DNA of 64,000 nt from an uncultured SAR86 cluster bacterium. Lineage in GTDB: Bacteria; Pseudomonadota; Gammaproteobacteria; Magnimaribacterales; D2472. Below are positions 46,934-56,282 of this stretch, piece by piece (positions within the stretch are counted from its first letter, which is position 1; each line of letters begins with the position of its first letter). Both the position numbers and the translations under genes were made by a program. The DNA lies in contig CABZTX010000003.1 of assembly GCA_902528875.1 (NCBI GenBank), forward strand, positions 13,068 through 77,067, in the 5' to 3' direction. Under the pieces are notes generated by a model that made no database searches, had not been told where the DNA came from, and saw only the letters and a list, made by a program, of their open reading frames with translations.

Positions 46934-47524
46934 AGTTTTTTTAACTGTCTCTACAATTGAAATAGTATTTTGATCTATTTCAACATTAACTAATGAATTT
47001 GTTTTTAATTCTTTTAAATTAGTTATTGAGAGAGTCTCAGGAATAATATGTAAATAGAAACTATCCTTATATACCTTTCCTAGAGTTAGACTACAGCCAT
47101 TAATACCTATATAGCCTTTTTCAAAAATGTACTCTTTAAATCTTTTATGGAAGCTAACAACAATATCGATAGTTGATGGCTTTTTAATAATCTTTTTAAC
47201 TTTACCAGTAAAATGAATATGTCCAGACATTAAGTGACCACCAATTTCTGACGAAGCAGTTATTGATCTTTCTAGATTGACAGATGACCCTTTTTTTAAT
47301 TCTTTAAAATTTGTTTTTGATAAGGTCTCTTCAATTACATCAAACTTTAAAGTTTTTGAATTGCCAGAGAGTGATGTCAGGCAAACTCCATCTACAGAAA
47401 TACTAAAACCCTTTTTGAGATTTTTTGAAAAGTTCTTGGGCGGTATTATTTCAAGCCTAACGAAGTCTTTATTGTTGACGATTTTAGATAATTTGCCTGT
47501 TCCTTGGACTATTCCTGAAAACAT
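46910..47524 (-). CDS. ribE: Riboflavin synthase
   Basis: MFSGIVQGTG N-terminus and a duplicated lumazine-binding repeat (GFSISVDGVCLT / GYIGINGCSLT). 204 aa. Confidence 0.9.
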   Translation of the reverse strand: MFSGIVQGTGKLSKIVNNKDFVRLEIIPPKNFSKNLKKGFSISVDGVCLTSLSGNSKTLKFDVIEETLSKTNFKELKKGSSVNLERSITASSEIGGHLMSGHIHFTGKVKKIIKKPSTIDIVVSFHKRFKEYIFEKGYIGINGCSLTLGKVYKDSFYLHIIPETLSITNLKELKTNSLVNVEIDQNTISIVETVKKTLAAQKSR

Positions 47525-48163
47525 TTATGCTCCCCATTCTTCTCTATACTTGTTGAGATTTTCAATATGCTCATCAAATTTTTGACAGGCTTTAATAAAA
47601 TCAACAAGTGAGTCTAAATTAACTATTGATTCAACCTTAATATTGAAATCTTTTTCAAGCTCTTTGCTTGAGGAGATTTCTGATATACCTATTTCTTGTC
47701 TATCCAAACCAACTAACAATGCACTAGGGTTAGCGGAAAGCTTTAAAATCATTTCTATTGACTCTCTTCCAGCAGTTCCAGCTGATAAAACGTCGTCAAT
47801 TATCAAAACATTTCCAGATGGGGGTGGCCCAATAATATTGCCTCCCTCTCCATGATCTTTTTCTTCTTTTCTATTAAATGAAAGAGGATATTCTTTGCCA
47901 TCTTTACCAAAAGCTGCTGCAACAATAGAACCTAGAAATATACCTTTATAAGCTGGACCATAAATTGAGTCGAATTCTAGCTTTTTATCTTCGATAGCAC
48001 TTTTATAGCAATTTGCTAACTCGAAGAGATTACAATTACTCAACATATTTGCGGCATTAAAAAAATATGGACTTTTTCTCCCAGACTTTAGAGTGAAAGA
48101 ACCAAATTGCAAAGAATTAGACTCTATTGCTAAATTAAGAAATAGTTTTTGATAATCTTTCAC
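47525..48163 (-). CDS. pyrE: Orotate phosphoribosyltransferase
   Basis: FGSFTLKSGRKSPYFFN and the PRPP loop VLIIDDVLSAGTA. Confidence 0.9.
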   Translation of the reverse strand: MKDYQKLFLNLAIESNSLQFGSFTLKSGRKSPYFFNAANMLSNCNLFELANCYKSAIEDKKLEFDSIYGPAYKGIFLGSIVAAAFGKDGKEYPLSFNRKEEKDHGEGGNIIGPPPSGNVLIIDDVLSAGTAGRESIEMILKLSANPSALLVGLDRQEIGISEISSSKELEKDFNIKVESIVNLDSLVDFIKACQKFDEHIENLNKYREEWGA

Positions 48164-48865
48164 TTACTCAATACATGCTTTTTGTTTTTGTATTAACTCT
48201 GCTATTGCAGAGCCACCCATCTCTAGCATATCAACAAGTTCTGATTTTGAAAAAGGTGCATCTTCAGCAGTACCTTGAATTTCAATCAATTCATCATTTT
48301 CGTTCATCACAATATTAATGTCAGTATCAGCTGAGCTATCCTCATCATAATCTAAGTCCAATAAAATTTTATTGTCCTTGATACCAAGAGATATCGCAGC
48401 TACGAGGGACTTAATCGCTCTATGATCATCATGATGATTCTTAATTGCAAGAAACAATGCAACACAACCTCCAGTTATAGATGCAGTTCTTGTGCCACCA
48501 TCAGCTTGAATAACATCGCAATCAATATTAATTGTTTTGCCTTTTAAGTATTTAAGATTTACAGCTTGTCTAAGAGACCTTCCTATTAGCCTCTGAATTT
48601 CCTGAGTTCTTCCACTCTGTTTTCCTCTTGCGGCTTCTCTACCCATTCTTTCATTGGTGGATCTTGGTAACATACCATACTCAGCTGTTATCCAACCTTC
48701 ATCGGAGTTTTTCATCCATCGTGGAACATTATTTTCAATAGAGGCATTACAAATAACTTTGGTATTTCCAAATGATACTAAAACGGATCCTTCCGCATGA
48801 ATATTAACATTTGATTCAATTGAGATATCTCTAAGTTGGTTATGATCACGATCTTTTTTTCTCAT
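48164..48865 (-). CDS. rph: Ribonuclease PH
   Basis: [35 protein letters not shown] and [18 protein letters not shown] motifs. Confidence 0.95.
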   Translation of the reverse strand: MRKKDRDHNQLRDISIESNVNIHAEGSVLVSFGNTKVICNASIENNVPRWMKNSDEGWITAEYGMLPRSTNERMGREAARGKQSGRTQEIQRLIGRSLRQAVNLKYLKGKTINIDCDVIQADGGTRTASITGGCVALFLAIKNHHDDHRAIKSLVAAISLGIKDNKILLDLDYDEDSSADTDINIVMNENDELIEIQGTAEDAPFSKSELVDMLEMGGSAIAELIQKQKACIE

Positions 48866-48875
48866 ATTAAATTTT

Positions 48876-49319
48876 TTATGAAAGCAGATCTTTCACTATC
48901 TTGCTCACAATACCCATATCAGCAGAACCAGCTAAAGAAGATTTTAGCTCACCCATAACTTTTCCAATATCTTGCATAGAAGTTGAACCAGTTTGCTCTA
49001 TAACTTCTTTTACTTTGGTTGTGATATCTGCTTCGCTGAGTTGTTGAGGTTTGTACTTAGATAAAATGTCAGACTCATGTTGTTCTTTTTCAGCTAAGTC
49101 TTCTCTCCCACCAGTTTTGAATTGATTAATTGAATCGTTTCGTTGTTTAATCATTTTATTAATAATCTGAATGGCTTTTATATCATCCACATCTTCTTTG
49201 TTATCAATTTCAAATCTTTGAACTTCAGATAAGAACATTCTCAAAGTATCTCGAACCAAATCATCTTTATTAAGCATTGCCTGCTTAAGGTCGTTTTTAA
49301 TATCTGATATAAGAGCCAA
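48876..49319 (-). CDS. GatB/YqeY domain-containing protein
   Basis: 147 aa. The YqeY pattern is LKQAM...D..R..TLR and GKVMGELK. Lies downstream of rpsU as in Pseudomonas. Confidence 0.85.
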   Translation of the reverse strand: MALISDIKNDLKQAMLNKDDLVRDTLRMFLSEVQRFEIDNKEDVDDIKAIQIINKMIKQRNDSINQFKTGGREDLAEKEQHESDILSKYKPQQLSEADITTKVKEVIEQTGSTSMQDIGKVMGELKSSLAGSADMGIVSKIVKDLLS

Positions 49320-49321
49320 AA

Positions 49322-49537
49322 TTATCTAGATCTTTGTCTTGGGAATGAATATTTCCTATTAGTTTTTCTTGCTCTTTTGACAGCTGCTGCCATTAGACGT
49401 TTTCTCTTCTCAGTTGGTTTTTCGTAGAATTCTCTTGCTCTTATTTCAGGAACAATTGCAGCTTTTTCACATGCACGCTTGAATTTTCTTAAACCAATAT
49501 CAAAATGTTCTGTATCTTTTATTATAATTGAAGGCAT
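49322..49537 (-). CDS. rpsU: 30S ribosomal protein S21
   Basis: [28 protein letters not shown]...[13 protein letters not shown] is the canonical S21 sequence. Confidence 0.95.
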   Translation of the reverse strand: MPSIIIKDTEHFDIGLRKFKRACEKAAIVPEIRAREFYEKPTEKRKRLMAAAVKRARKTNRKYSFPRQRSR

Positions 49538-49586
49538 AATGTGACGCGTAGTTTAGGCTTTTATTAACAATTTTGCAAAATTTTTT

Positions 49587-50591
49587 ATGAAAACTTTAGG
49601 AATAGAAACATCTTGTGATGAAACTGCAATCGCTATTTATGATTCTCATGAAGGGTTAGTTGGTGAATCAATTCATAGTCAAATAAAAATGCATACACAA
49701 TATGGTGGTGTAGTACCCGAATTAGCATCTAGAGACCATTGTTCAAAGATAGTAAATGTTATGAAAGAAGCACTTGGAGATTATCCAATAGAATGTATTG
49801 ATCAGATAGCTTACACATCTGGTCCAGGATTATTAGGAGCACTTTTAATTGGAGAGAGCTTTGCACAAGGGTTATCTTCTGCACTTAATGTTCCATTAAT
49901 CCCAATAAATCATCTTGAGGGACATTTGATGTCACCTATGATGGAGTTTCCAGAAATTAAAATGCCATTTTTGTGTTTACTAATATCAGGCGGACATAGC
50001 ATGATTGTTGATGTAAAAGATAAAGGCAGCTATCAAATTATTGGTCAATCTCAAGATGATGCTGTTGGAGAAGCTTTTGACAAGGTAGCAAAATTACTTG
50101 ATCTCCCATATCCAGGAGGTCCCTATATTGAAAAAATAGCCATAAGTGGGGATCCAGAAACATATGACTTCCCTAGACCGATGGTTCATAGTGATAATCT
50201 TGATATGAGTCTTAGTGGATTAAAGACATCTGTTTTGTACACAGTTCAAAAGATAGATAATTTAGATGAGAAAGTAAAATCAAATATAGCTGCATCTTTT
50301 CAAAAGGCTGTTTCAGATTTATTAATTGCTAAAACAACAAAAGCCATCAAGACAACAAATAGAAAGGATTTAATTATTGCTGGAGGAGTTGCAGCAAATA
50401 AATTTATTAGAAATGAGTTCAAAAACCTTGAAGAAGATCTTAATATTAAAGTTTATTACCCAGATCTAAAATATTGTGGTGATAACGCTGCAATGATAGC
50501 TTTTGTCGGATCGAAGATGAGCCCAAAAAATAAGGGATATAGAACCTCAAAAGTAAGAGCAAGATGGCCACTGGATGAGTTGAAACAATGA
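49587..50591 (+). CDS. tsaD: tRNA N6-adenosine threonylcarbamoyltransferase
   Basis: LGIETSCDETA, NHLEGH and GGVAAN motifs. Divergent from rpsU as in E. coli and Pseudomonas. Confidence 0.95.
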   Translation: MKTLGIETSCDETAIAIYDSHEGLVGESIHSQIKMHTQYGGVVPELASRDHCSKIVNVMKEALGDYPIECIDQIAYTSGPGLLGALLIGESFAQGLSSALNVPLIPINHLEGHLMSPMMEFPEIKMPFLCLLISGGHSMIVDVKDKGSYQIIGQSQDDAVGEAFDKVAKLLDLPYPGGPYIEKIAISGDPETYDFPRPMVHSDNLDMSLSGLKTSVLYTVQKIDNLDEKVKSNIAASFQKAVSDLLIAKTTKAIKTTNRKDLIIAGGVAANKFIRNEFKNLEEDLNIKVYYPDLKYCGDNAAMIAFVGSKMSPKNKGYRTSKVRARWPLDELKQ

Positions 50592-50935
50592 AAGATATTA
50601 TTTATATAAAAGATTTAAGAGTTAAAACAATCATTGGAATTTTTGATTGGGAGAGAAAGGTAAAACAAGAAGTGAGTATCGATATGGAATTTCCATTTGA
50701 TTGCAGAAAAGCAGCAGCATCTGACTCAATAGAAGATACAACTGATTACAAGACTATTTGTAAAGCTGTAATAAAATTTGTTGAAGAATCTTCATTCCAA
50801 CTTCAAGAATCTTTAGCTGAAGGCATTGCATCATTGGTAAAAGATGATTTTGGTGTTGAATCAATCAAGCTAAGAGTATCAAAGCCTGGAGCTCTTCGTG
50901 GAGCAAAAGATGTAGGCTTAATTATCTATAGATGA
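50588..50935 (+). CDS. folB: Dihydroneopterin aldolase
   Basis: IYIKDLRVKTIIGIFDWER...DYKTI...ESLAE...V.KPGA pattern. 115 aa. ATGA overlap with tsaD. Confidence 0.85.
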   Translation: MKDIIYIKDLRVKTIIGIFDWERKVKQEVSIDMEFPFDCRKAAASDSIEDTTDYKTICKAVIKFVEESSFQLQESLAEGIASLVKDDFGVESIKLRVSKPGALRGAKDVGLIIYR

Positions 50936-51312
50936 TGAAATATTTTTTATCACTCGGAAGCAATATTAATGCGCAAAAAAACTTAGACTTTGCTCACAAA
51001 GAATTAACTAAAATTTTACAAAACACTAGTTCGTCTTCAATTCATAGAACAAAAGCTGAAGGATTTGAAGGTGACGATTTTTTAAATTCAGTCGTATGTG
51101 GCGAAACAGATTTATCATTTGATGAACTCAATAAAAAACTTAAATTAATTGAGGATGAGTCTGGAAGAAATAGAAACGCTCCAAAGTTTAGTGCAAGAAC
51201 TCTTGATATTGATATTGTTCTTCAAATCGATGAAAACGAAGAAATTTTATTTGAAAGTGATGAAGTTGAAAAATATACTTTTGTATCTGAACCTTTAAAA
51301 GAATTAATTTAA
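50932..51312 (+). CDS. folK: HPPK-like protein (6-hydroxymethyl-dihydropterin pyrophosphokinase), short and divergent
   Basis: LSLGSNI start, an SSIHRT.A.G...DFLNSVV segment and ARTLDIDIVL (Mg-binding Asp pair), in the folB-folK position. It is only 126 aa and the usual C-terminal P-H-P...R motif is not recognisable. Confidence 0.65.
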   Translation: MMKYFLSLGSNINAQKNLDFAHKELTKILQNTSSSSIHRTKAEGFEGDDFLNSVVCGETDLSFDELNKKLKLIEDESGRNRNAPKFSARTLDIDIVLQIDENEEILFESDEVEKYTFVSEPLKELI

Positions 51313-51917
51313 TGAGAGCAAAGAAATTCACAAGAAATTTTCATAGATATCTAAGTATATTTGTTTCTATTCAATTGTTATTGTGGACTGTGTCAGGTAT
51401 TTATTTTGCTTACAATAAGATTGAGTTGGTAAGAGGCGAGCAATACCGCCTTCCAAAAAATGTAGAATATAGAATTTTTGAAAGGCTGGGACTAACTTTA
51501 ATAGAGACAAATAAAGATGGTAAAAAGTCTTATCAAACTTATCCTGAAAGAGAATTTATCGAACCTTTAACTAAACAAGAAGCCTTATTGATTACATCTC
51601 AAAAAACAACCCTTAATCCATTAGAAGCTATTCTTATTGAGGATGTAAAACCTGGTTCTGAATACAGAGGAGCTCTTCCTGCATATAAAGTAAAGACAGA
51701 CTCAAAAGATAAGATAAATGTATATGTTGGATATATGACAGGTGATATTAGTTCAATAAGAAGTGATTCTTGGAGAATCTGGGACCTAATGTGGTCACTT
51801 CACATTATGGATTACCGTGAAAGGGATAATATAAATAATATTTTATTAAAACTTTTATCTGTTCTTGCGCTAATTACCTCATTATCAGGCATTACTTTAT
51901 TTTTTGTAAAAAAATAA
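51312..51917 (+). CDS. PepSY-associated-TM-like membrane protein
   Basis: N-terminal HRYLSIFVSIQLLLWTVSGIYF helix, a periplasmic middle region, WSLHIMDY, and a C-terminal TM helix. TAATG overlap with folK. Confidence 0.5.
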   Translation: MRAKKFTRNFHRYLSIFVSIQLLLWTVSGIYFAYNKIELVRGEQYRLPKNVEYRIFERLGLTLIETNKDGKKSYQTYPEREFIEPLTKQEALLITSQKTTLNPLEAILIEDVKPGSEYRGALPAYKVKTDSKDKINVYVGYMTGDISSIRSDSWRIWDLMWSLHIMDYRERDNINNILLKLLSVLALITSLSGITLFFVKK

Positions 51918-51920
51918 ATT

Positions 51921-52970
51921 CTAGAAATTTTCTTTAATTGTCTTCCAAGCTGCTTCTGATAAAGGATAAACCATCATGCCTCGATCCTCAGCGTGTTTGC
52001 TTGATGCGGTTCCATCTCTTACTCTTCCTAAAATCCCCTGAAGTATTCCAGCAATTTTGAACATATTAAAAGCCATATAAAACTCCCAATTTTTTGAAAG
52101 GTCTTTACCTGTATTTTCACAATACATTTCCATATATTCTTTTTCTGAGGGAACTCCAAGTTCTTTTAATTTAGCATGATCCCAAAAGGCCTCTTGAGTT
52201 CTCCAGGATAGACAATGATAGCTAAAGTCTGCAATAGGATGTCCAAGTGTAGATAATTCCCAGTCGAGAATACCCATTACCTTATTATTTTTTAAAATCA
52301 TATTATCTAACCTGTAATCACCATGAACAATCGAAGTCTCATCATCATCAGGGATGTTTTGTGGCAACCATTCAATTAGATTATTCATTGCTTCAATATT
52401 GTCAGTTTCAGATGCTCTGTATTGCTTAGACCATCTTGAAACCTGTCTAGCAACATAATTACCAGGTTTACCATAGTCTTCGAGTCCTATTTTTTTATAA
52501 TCAATACTATGAAGTTTAGCTAAGGTTTTATTCTTATTTTTGTAAATTTCTGCTCTATCTTTGTTTTCGAGAGAGGGAATCATTGGATCCCAAAATAGAT
52601 CACCATCTAAAAAATCCATGAGAAAAAACTCTGTACCTGCAACATCATTATCCCCACAGAGCCCATATGTTTTTGGAACTGGAATATCAGTCTCATACAG
52701 AGCAGTAATTACTTTATATTCTCTGTCCACTGCATGTGCTGAAGGGAGCAGTTTTCCAGGAGGCTTTCGCCTTAATACAAGACTTTTTGATTCTGTAATA
52801 ATTTTGTATGTTGGATTTGATTGACCACCTTTAAATTGTTCAATGGAATTTATTTTTCCAGCTTTTGGGACGAACTCATCAATCCAAGGTTGTAATTTTG
52901 AAACTTCAATTTTTAAGCTTTCATCAACTTTCTTTGTTCCAGAGAATTTTGCATCATCCAAAGCCTTCAT
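51921..52970 (-). CDS. APH-fold phosphotransferase (ACAD10/11 N-terminal-kinase-like family)
   Basis: QFKGGQSNPTYKI, VLRRKPPG and the catalytic loop HGDYRLDNMI...DWE. 349 aa. Substrate unknown. Confidence 0.8.
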   Translation of the reverse strand: MKALDDAKFSGTKKVDESLKIEVSKLQPWIDEFVPKAGKINSIEQFKGGQSNPTYKIITESKSLVLRRKPPGKLLPSAHAVDREYKVITALYETDIPVPKTYGLCGDNDVAGTEFFLMDFLDGDLFWDPMIPSLENKDRAEIYKNKNKTLAKLHSIDYKKIGLEDYGKPGNYVARQVSRWSKQYRASETDNIEAMNNLIEWLPQNIPDDDETSIVHGDYRLDNMILKNNKVMGILDWELSTLGHPIADFSYHCLSWRTQEAFWDHAKLKELGVPSEKEYMEMYCENTGKDLSKNWEFYMAFNMFKIAGILQGILGRVRDGTASSKHAEDRGMMVYPLSEAAWKTIKENF

Positions 52971-53695
52971 TACAAAGATCTTCCGCCGTCAACTTTAATA
53001 ATTTGGCCAGTAATATAGTCTGAACTTTCTAAGAATTTTACAGCTTCGGCAATATCTTTTTCAGAACCCATTCTTTTTAAAGGAATACTGCTAATTACTT
53101 TATTTTTTTGTTCTTCAGTCCATGTAACATCTGGTGGTTCAAGCATTGCTCCTGGAGCAATTGCATTAACTTTAATCTCAGGAGCAAGCTCTCTTGCAAG
53201 TCCCTTGGTAATTGCTTCGAGGCCTGCCTTTGCAGCAGAATATATAGAATAATTTGCTACACCTCTTGAGAGATTTGTATCAGTAATGTTAATTACTTGA
53301 CCATTAGATTTTTTAAGTTTTTCTTTTACGCCTTGTATTAAAAATAAAGGACCTTTTAAATTGCTACCAATTAATTTATTCCAATGATCCTCAGACACCT
53401 CTTCAATTGGAGTAGGGTAGAAAGTTGATGCATTATTTATTAGTAAATCTAATGAGGGGAACATTCCATCTATATCAGTTAATATTTTTTCAACATCTTC
53501 TTTGATATCTAAGTTACCCTTTACAGTTTTTGCAGAATCAGGATTATCTTTATTAATAAAATCAGCAAGATCTTCGGCATCTTTTTTTGACGAATTATAA
53601 TGAATAATAATATTCCATCCCAATTCTTTATAGGTAAGAGCAATTTCCTTCCCTATTCTTTTTGCTGCTCCTGTAATAAATATAGTTTTGCTCAT
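52970..53695 (-). CDS. folM: Pteridine-reductase / FolM-like SDR
   Basis: The cofactor motif is TGAAKRIG (the TGX3RXG variant characteristic of PTR1/FolM) rather than the classical TGX3GXG. Also YSAAKAGLEAITKGLARELAPEIKVNAIAPG and a C-terminal VDGGRSL, collinear with E. coli FolM. Confidence 0.7.
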   Translation of the reverse strand: MSKTIFITGAAKRIGKEIALTYKELGWNIIIHYNSSKKDAEDLADFINKDNPDSAKTVKGNLDIKEDVEKILTDIDGMFPSLDLLINNASTFYPTPIEEVSEDHWNKLIGSNLKGPLFLIQGVKEKLKKSNGQVINITDTNLSRGVANYSIYSAAKAGLEAITKGLARELAPEIKVNAIAPGAMLEPPDVTWTEEQKNKVISSIPLKRMGSEKDIAEAVKFLESSDYITGQIIKVDGGRSL

Positions 53696-54711
53696 ATAAA
53701 ATTTTTAAGTATTTCTTTGTATATTTTAGACTTTTCTGTCTCAACTTTCTCTTTTGGTATGCCTGAAAGGAAAGAAAAATCGGTATTGTTTAATTCGTCA
53801 GCAATACTAGACACATAATCTTTATTTTTTGACAAACACGGAAGCGTTAGCAGCTTCTTAATAAGATCTTTATTTCTTTTAAATTGAGTATCTTTAATAA
53901 TTTTAATTAAATGGCTTTCTTCAACATTATTAGCAATTTTTGAAATATTTTTTAGTACATTAGACGCATTTTTAAATTCATTTGGGATAGGCATTGTGTT
54001 GCCTAATTTAAAATGATTATTTATTTGAAGCTCTGACCATCTGATTTCAATGTCTGAATGACTATGACAATGCGCTATTTTTAGATTCTCAAAAAAGGGC
54101 TCTATTAAATCCAAGGAAATAATTTTTTCAAAATAATTACTGGGATTAGAACTGCATAACGCCCTTGATGTTTCTATCCAAACTCTTTCAGATGAAAGTT
54201 TTGATATTTCATTTGATGAGACAATTTGATTAACTTTATCAATCGTTGAACTATTAATACTAAAATCTTTCAGGTGATCATATGTAAAAAATCTTGCCAA
54301 CCTAATAGCCCTGAGTGGATCTTCTGAAAATGCTCCAGATGCATGTTTAAAAATTTGATTCTGCAAATCAATCTGACCATTTAGTGGATCAATAATATTA
54401 TTATTTTCATCTTGAGCTATTGCATTTATTGTAAAATCTCTCCTTGATAAATCTTCTTCTAAGGTAACCTCTTTCCCAAAATAAAATGTAAAACCATGGT
54501 AACCAGCACCTGACTTTCTCTCAGTTCTGGCTAATGCGTATTCCTCTTTAGTTTCAGGGTGCAAGAATACTGGAAAGTCTTTTCCTATAGGTTTAAAGCC
54601 CTCTGAGATCATTTCATCTGGTGAGGAACCAACAACAACCCAATCATTATCTTTTGCCTTTACACCCAAAAGACTATCTCTTACAGCACCACCAACTTTG
54701 TATATTTTCAT
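53692..54711 (-). CDS. cca: CCA-adding tRNA nucleotidyltransferase (short form)
   Basis: MKIYKVGGAVRDSLLG, DNDWVV and RRDFTINA class II nucleotidyltransferase motifs. It is 339 aa against about 410 aa for the E. coli and Pseudomonas enzymes. Confidence 0.85.
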   Translation of the reverse strand: MKIYKVGGAVRDSLLGVKAKDNDWVVVGSSPDEMISEGFKPIGKDFPVFLHPETKEEYALARTERKSGAGYHGFTFYFGKEVTLEEDLSRRDFTINAIAQDENNNIIDPLNGQIDLQNQIFKHASGAFSEDPLRAIRLARFFTYDHLKDFSINSSTIDKVNQIVSSNEISKLSSERVWIETSRALCSSNPSNYFEKIISLDLIEPFFENLKIAHCHSHSDIEIRWSELQINNHFKLGNTMPIPNEFKNASNVLKNISKIANNVEESHLIKIIKDTQFKRNKDLIKKLLTLPCLSKNKDYVSSIADELNNTDFSFLSGIPKEKVETEKSKIYKEILKNFI

Positions 54712-55514
54712 AATTTATTAATTTGAAATATCTTCTTATCCTCTAATCTAATTGCTGTTAGTTTATTACCCCATACACAACCAGTATCCAAACCAATTAT
54801 ATTTTTAAATTTTGTCTTTCCATTTAAAGCTGCCCAATGACCAAAAACTATATATTCTTTTGATTTCAAATTAATTATAGTTTGTTCAAACCAGGGTATA
54901 TGATTTTTTTCCTTTTTAAGATCCTTTTTCTTCAACTTTAGATCCCCATTGACATCAAGATATCGCATTCTTGTGAAATAATTAATTATAGTTCTATATC
55001 TTTTATAACCTTCTAAGCTTTCTTTCCATCTAGAGGGTGAATCACCCCACATTTTTTTTAAAATATTATAGGAGTCTTTTTTTAATTCTCCCTGAAGCTC
55101 ATTTGAAAGTTTTTTTGCAGTCTTTAGACTCCAAATAAATGGAATGCCAGCGTGAACAATATAAAAGATCTCTTTAGATTTATTAATTTTAATCTTTTGA
55201 ACAAGAGGTTGTTTGCGTAACCACTTAAAAATTCTATTTACATTTTTAGATTCAAGAATAGGTTTTAATGATTTATTTCTTTTTTTGTGCTCAATCAGAT
55301 ATAACAAATAAAAATCATGATTACCAAGTACACCAGAAATAGACTTTTTGTTTTGCAAACAAAATTCTAAAACTTCAAGAGACTTTGGACCTCTATTAAC
55401 AAAATCTCCTGCAAATATTAACTTATCTTTATTTGGTTTAAATTTTATTTTTTTACATAAAGAAATTAGCTCATCAAAGCAACCTTGAACATCTCCAACT
55501 ACATAGTGTGACAT
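54708..55514 (-). CDS. apaH: Symmetrical bis(5'-nucleosyl)-tetraphosphatase
   Basis: Metallophosphatase motifs GDVQGC, GDFVNRGP and GNHD. 268 aa. Confidence 0.9.
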   Translation of the reverse strand: MSHYVVGDVQGCFDELISLCKKIKFKPNKDKLIFAGDFVNRGPKSLEVLEFCLQNKKSISGVLGNHDFYLLYLIEHKKRNKSLKPILESKNVNRIFKWLRKQPLVQKIKINKSKEIFYIVHAGIPFIWSLKTAKKLSNELQGELKKDSYNILKKMWGDSPSRWKESLEGYKRYRTIINYFTRMRYLDVNGDLKLKKKDLKKEKNHIPWFEQTIINLKSKEYIVFGHWAALNGKTKFKNIIGLDTGCVWGNKLTAIRLEDKKIFQINKL

Positions 55515-56282
55515 TTACTTTTTTAAACTTTTAGCTAAATAGATAAAATCTTGTGTTGACAATTCTTCAGATCTTTTATTTGGATCTATATCAACCTCAT
55601 TCCAATTAATTTTTAGATTTTTTAAATTATTTTTTATATTTTTTCTTCGAGACATAAAGGCTGAATCAATTACATTGAAAAGATCTGATTTGATCTCTAA
55701 ACCATAATTAATGTCTTTTTTTGGCAAGAGCCTTATAAAACTTGAATTTACATTAGGCTTGATATCAAATGATTCTGGTGGAACATCAAACAGAACTTCA
55801 CTGTCAAAAAAAGCTGAAGTTTTTAATGCTAACTTTCCCCAATTTTTGGTTGAAATATTACCAGTGACTTTTTCAGCAACTTCTTTTTGAACTAAGAAAT
55901 GCATGTCATAAATATTTTTGTAATTTTCAATAAACTTCAACATTATTTGAGTCGAGATATTGTATGGCAAATTACCAATTAATCTGTAGTTACTAACTTT
56001 ATCATCTAAATTAAATTCTAATATATCTTTATTTATGAATTTAAAGCTTGCAGGACCGTCATACTTCTTTCTTAAATATTCAATATTTTTTGTATCTATT
56101 TCAATACATGTAATATTTATTTTTTCTATATTAATTTGATCAGTGAGGGCACCCAAACCAGGACCAATTTCAATAAAATTATCATGTTCTTTCGGAGCTA
56201 TTGCTTCGCCCATTTCGAATAAAATAGCCTTATCTTTTAAATAGTTTTGACCATATTTACGTCTTAGGTCTCTAGAGCTCAT
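55515..56282 (-). CDS. rsmA: 16S rRNA (adenine1518/1519-N6)-dimethyltransferase
   Basis: YGQNYL start, SAM motif IEIGPGLGALT, and NLPYNIST. Confidence 0.9.
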   Translation of the reverse strand: MSSRDLRRKYGQNYLKDKAILFEMGEAIAPKEHDNFIEIGPGLGALTDQINIEKINITCIEIDTKNIEYLRKKYDGPASFKFINKDILEFNLDDKVSNYRLIGNLPYNISTQIMLKFIENYKNIYDMHFLVQKEVAEKVTGNISTKNWGKLALKTSAFFDSEVLFDVPPESFDIKPNVNSSFIRLLPKKDINYGLEIKSDLFNVIDSAFMSRRKNIKNNLKNLKINWNEVDIDPNKRSEELSTQDFIYLAKSLKK

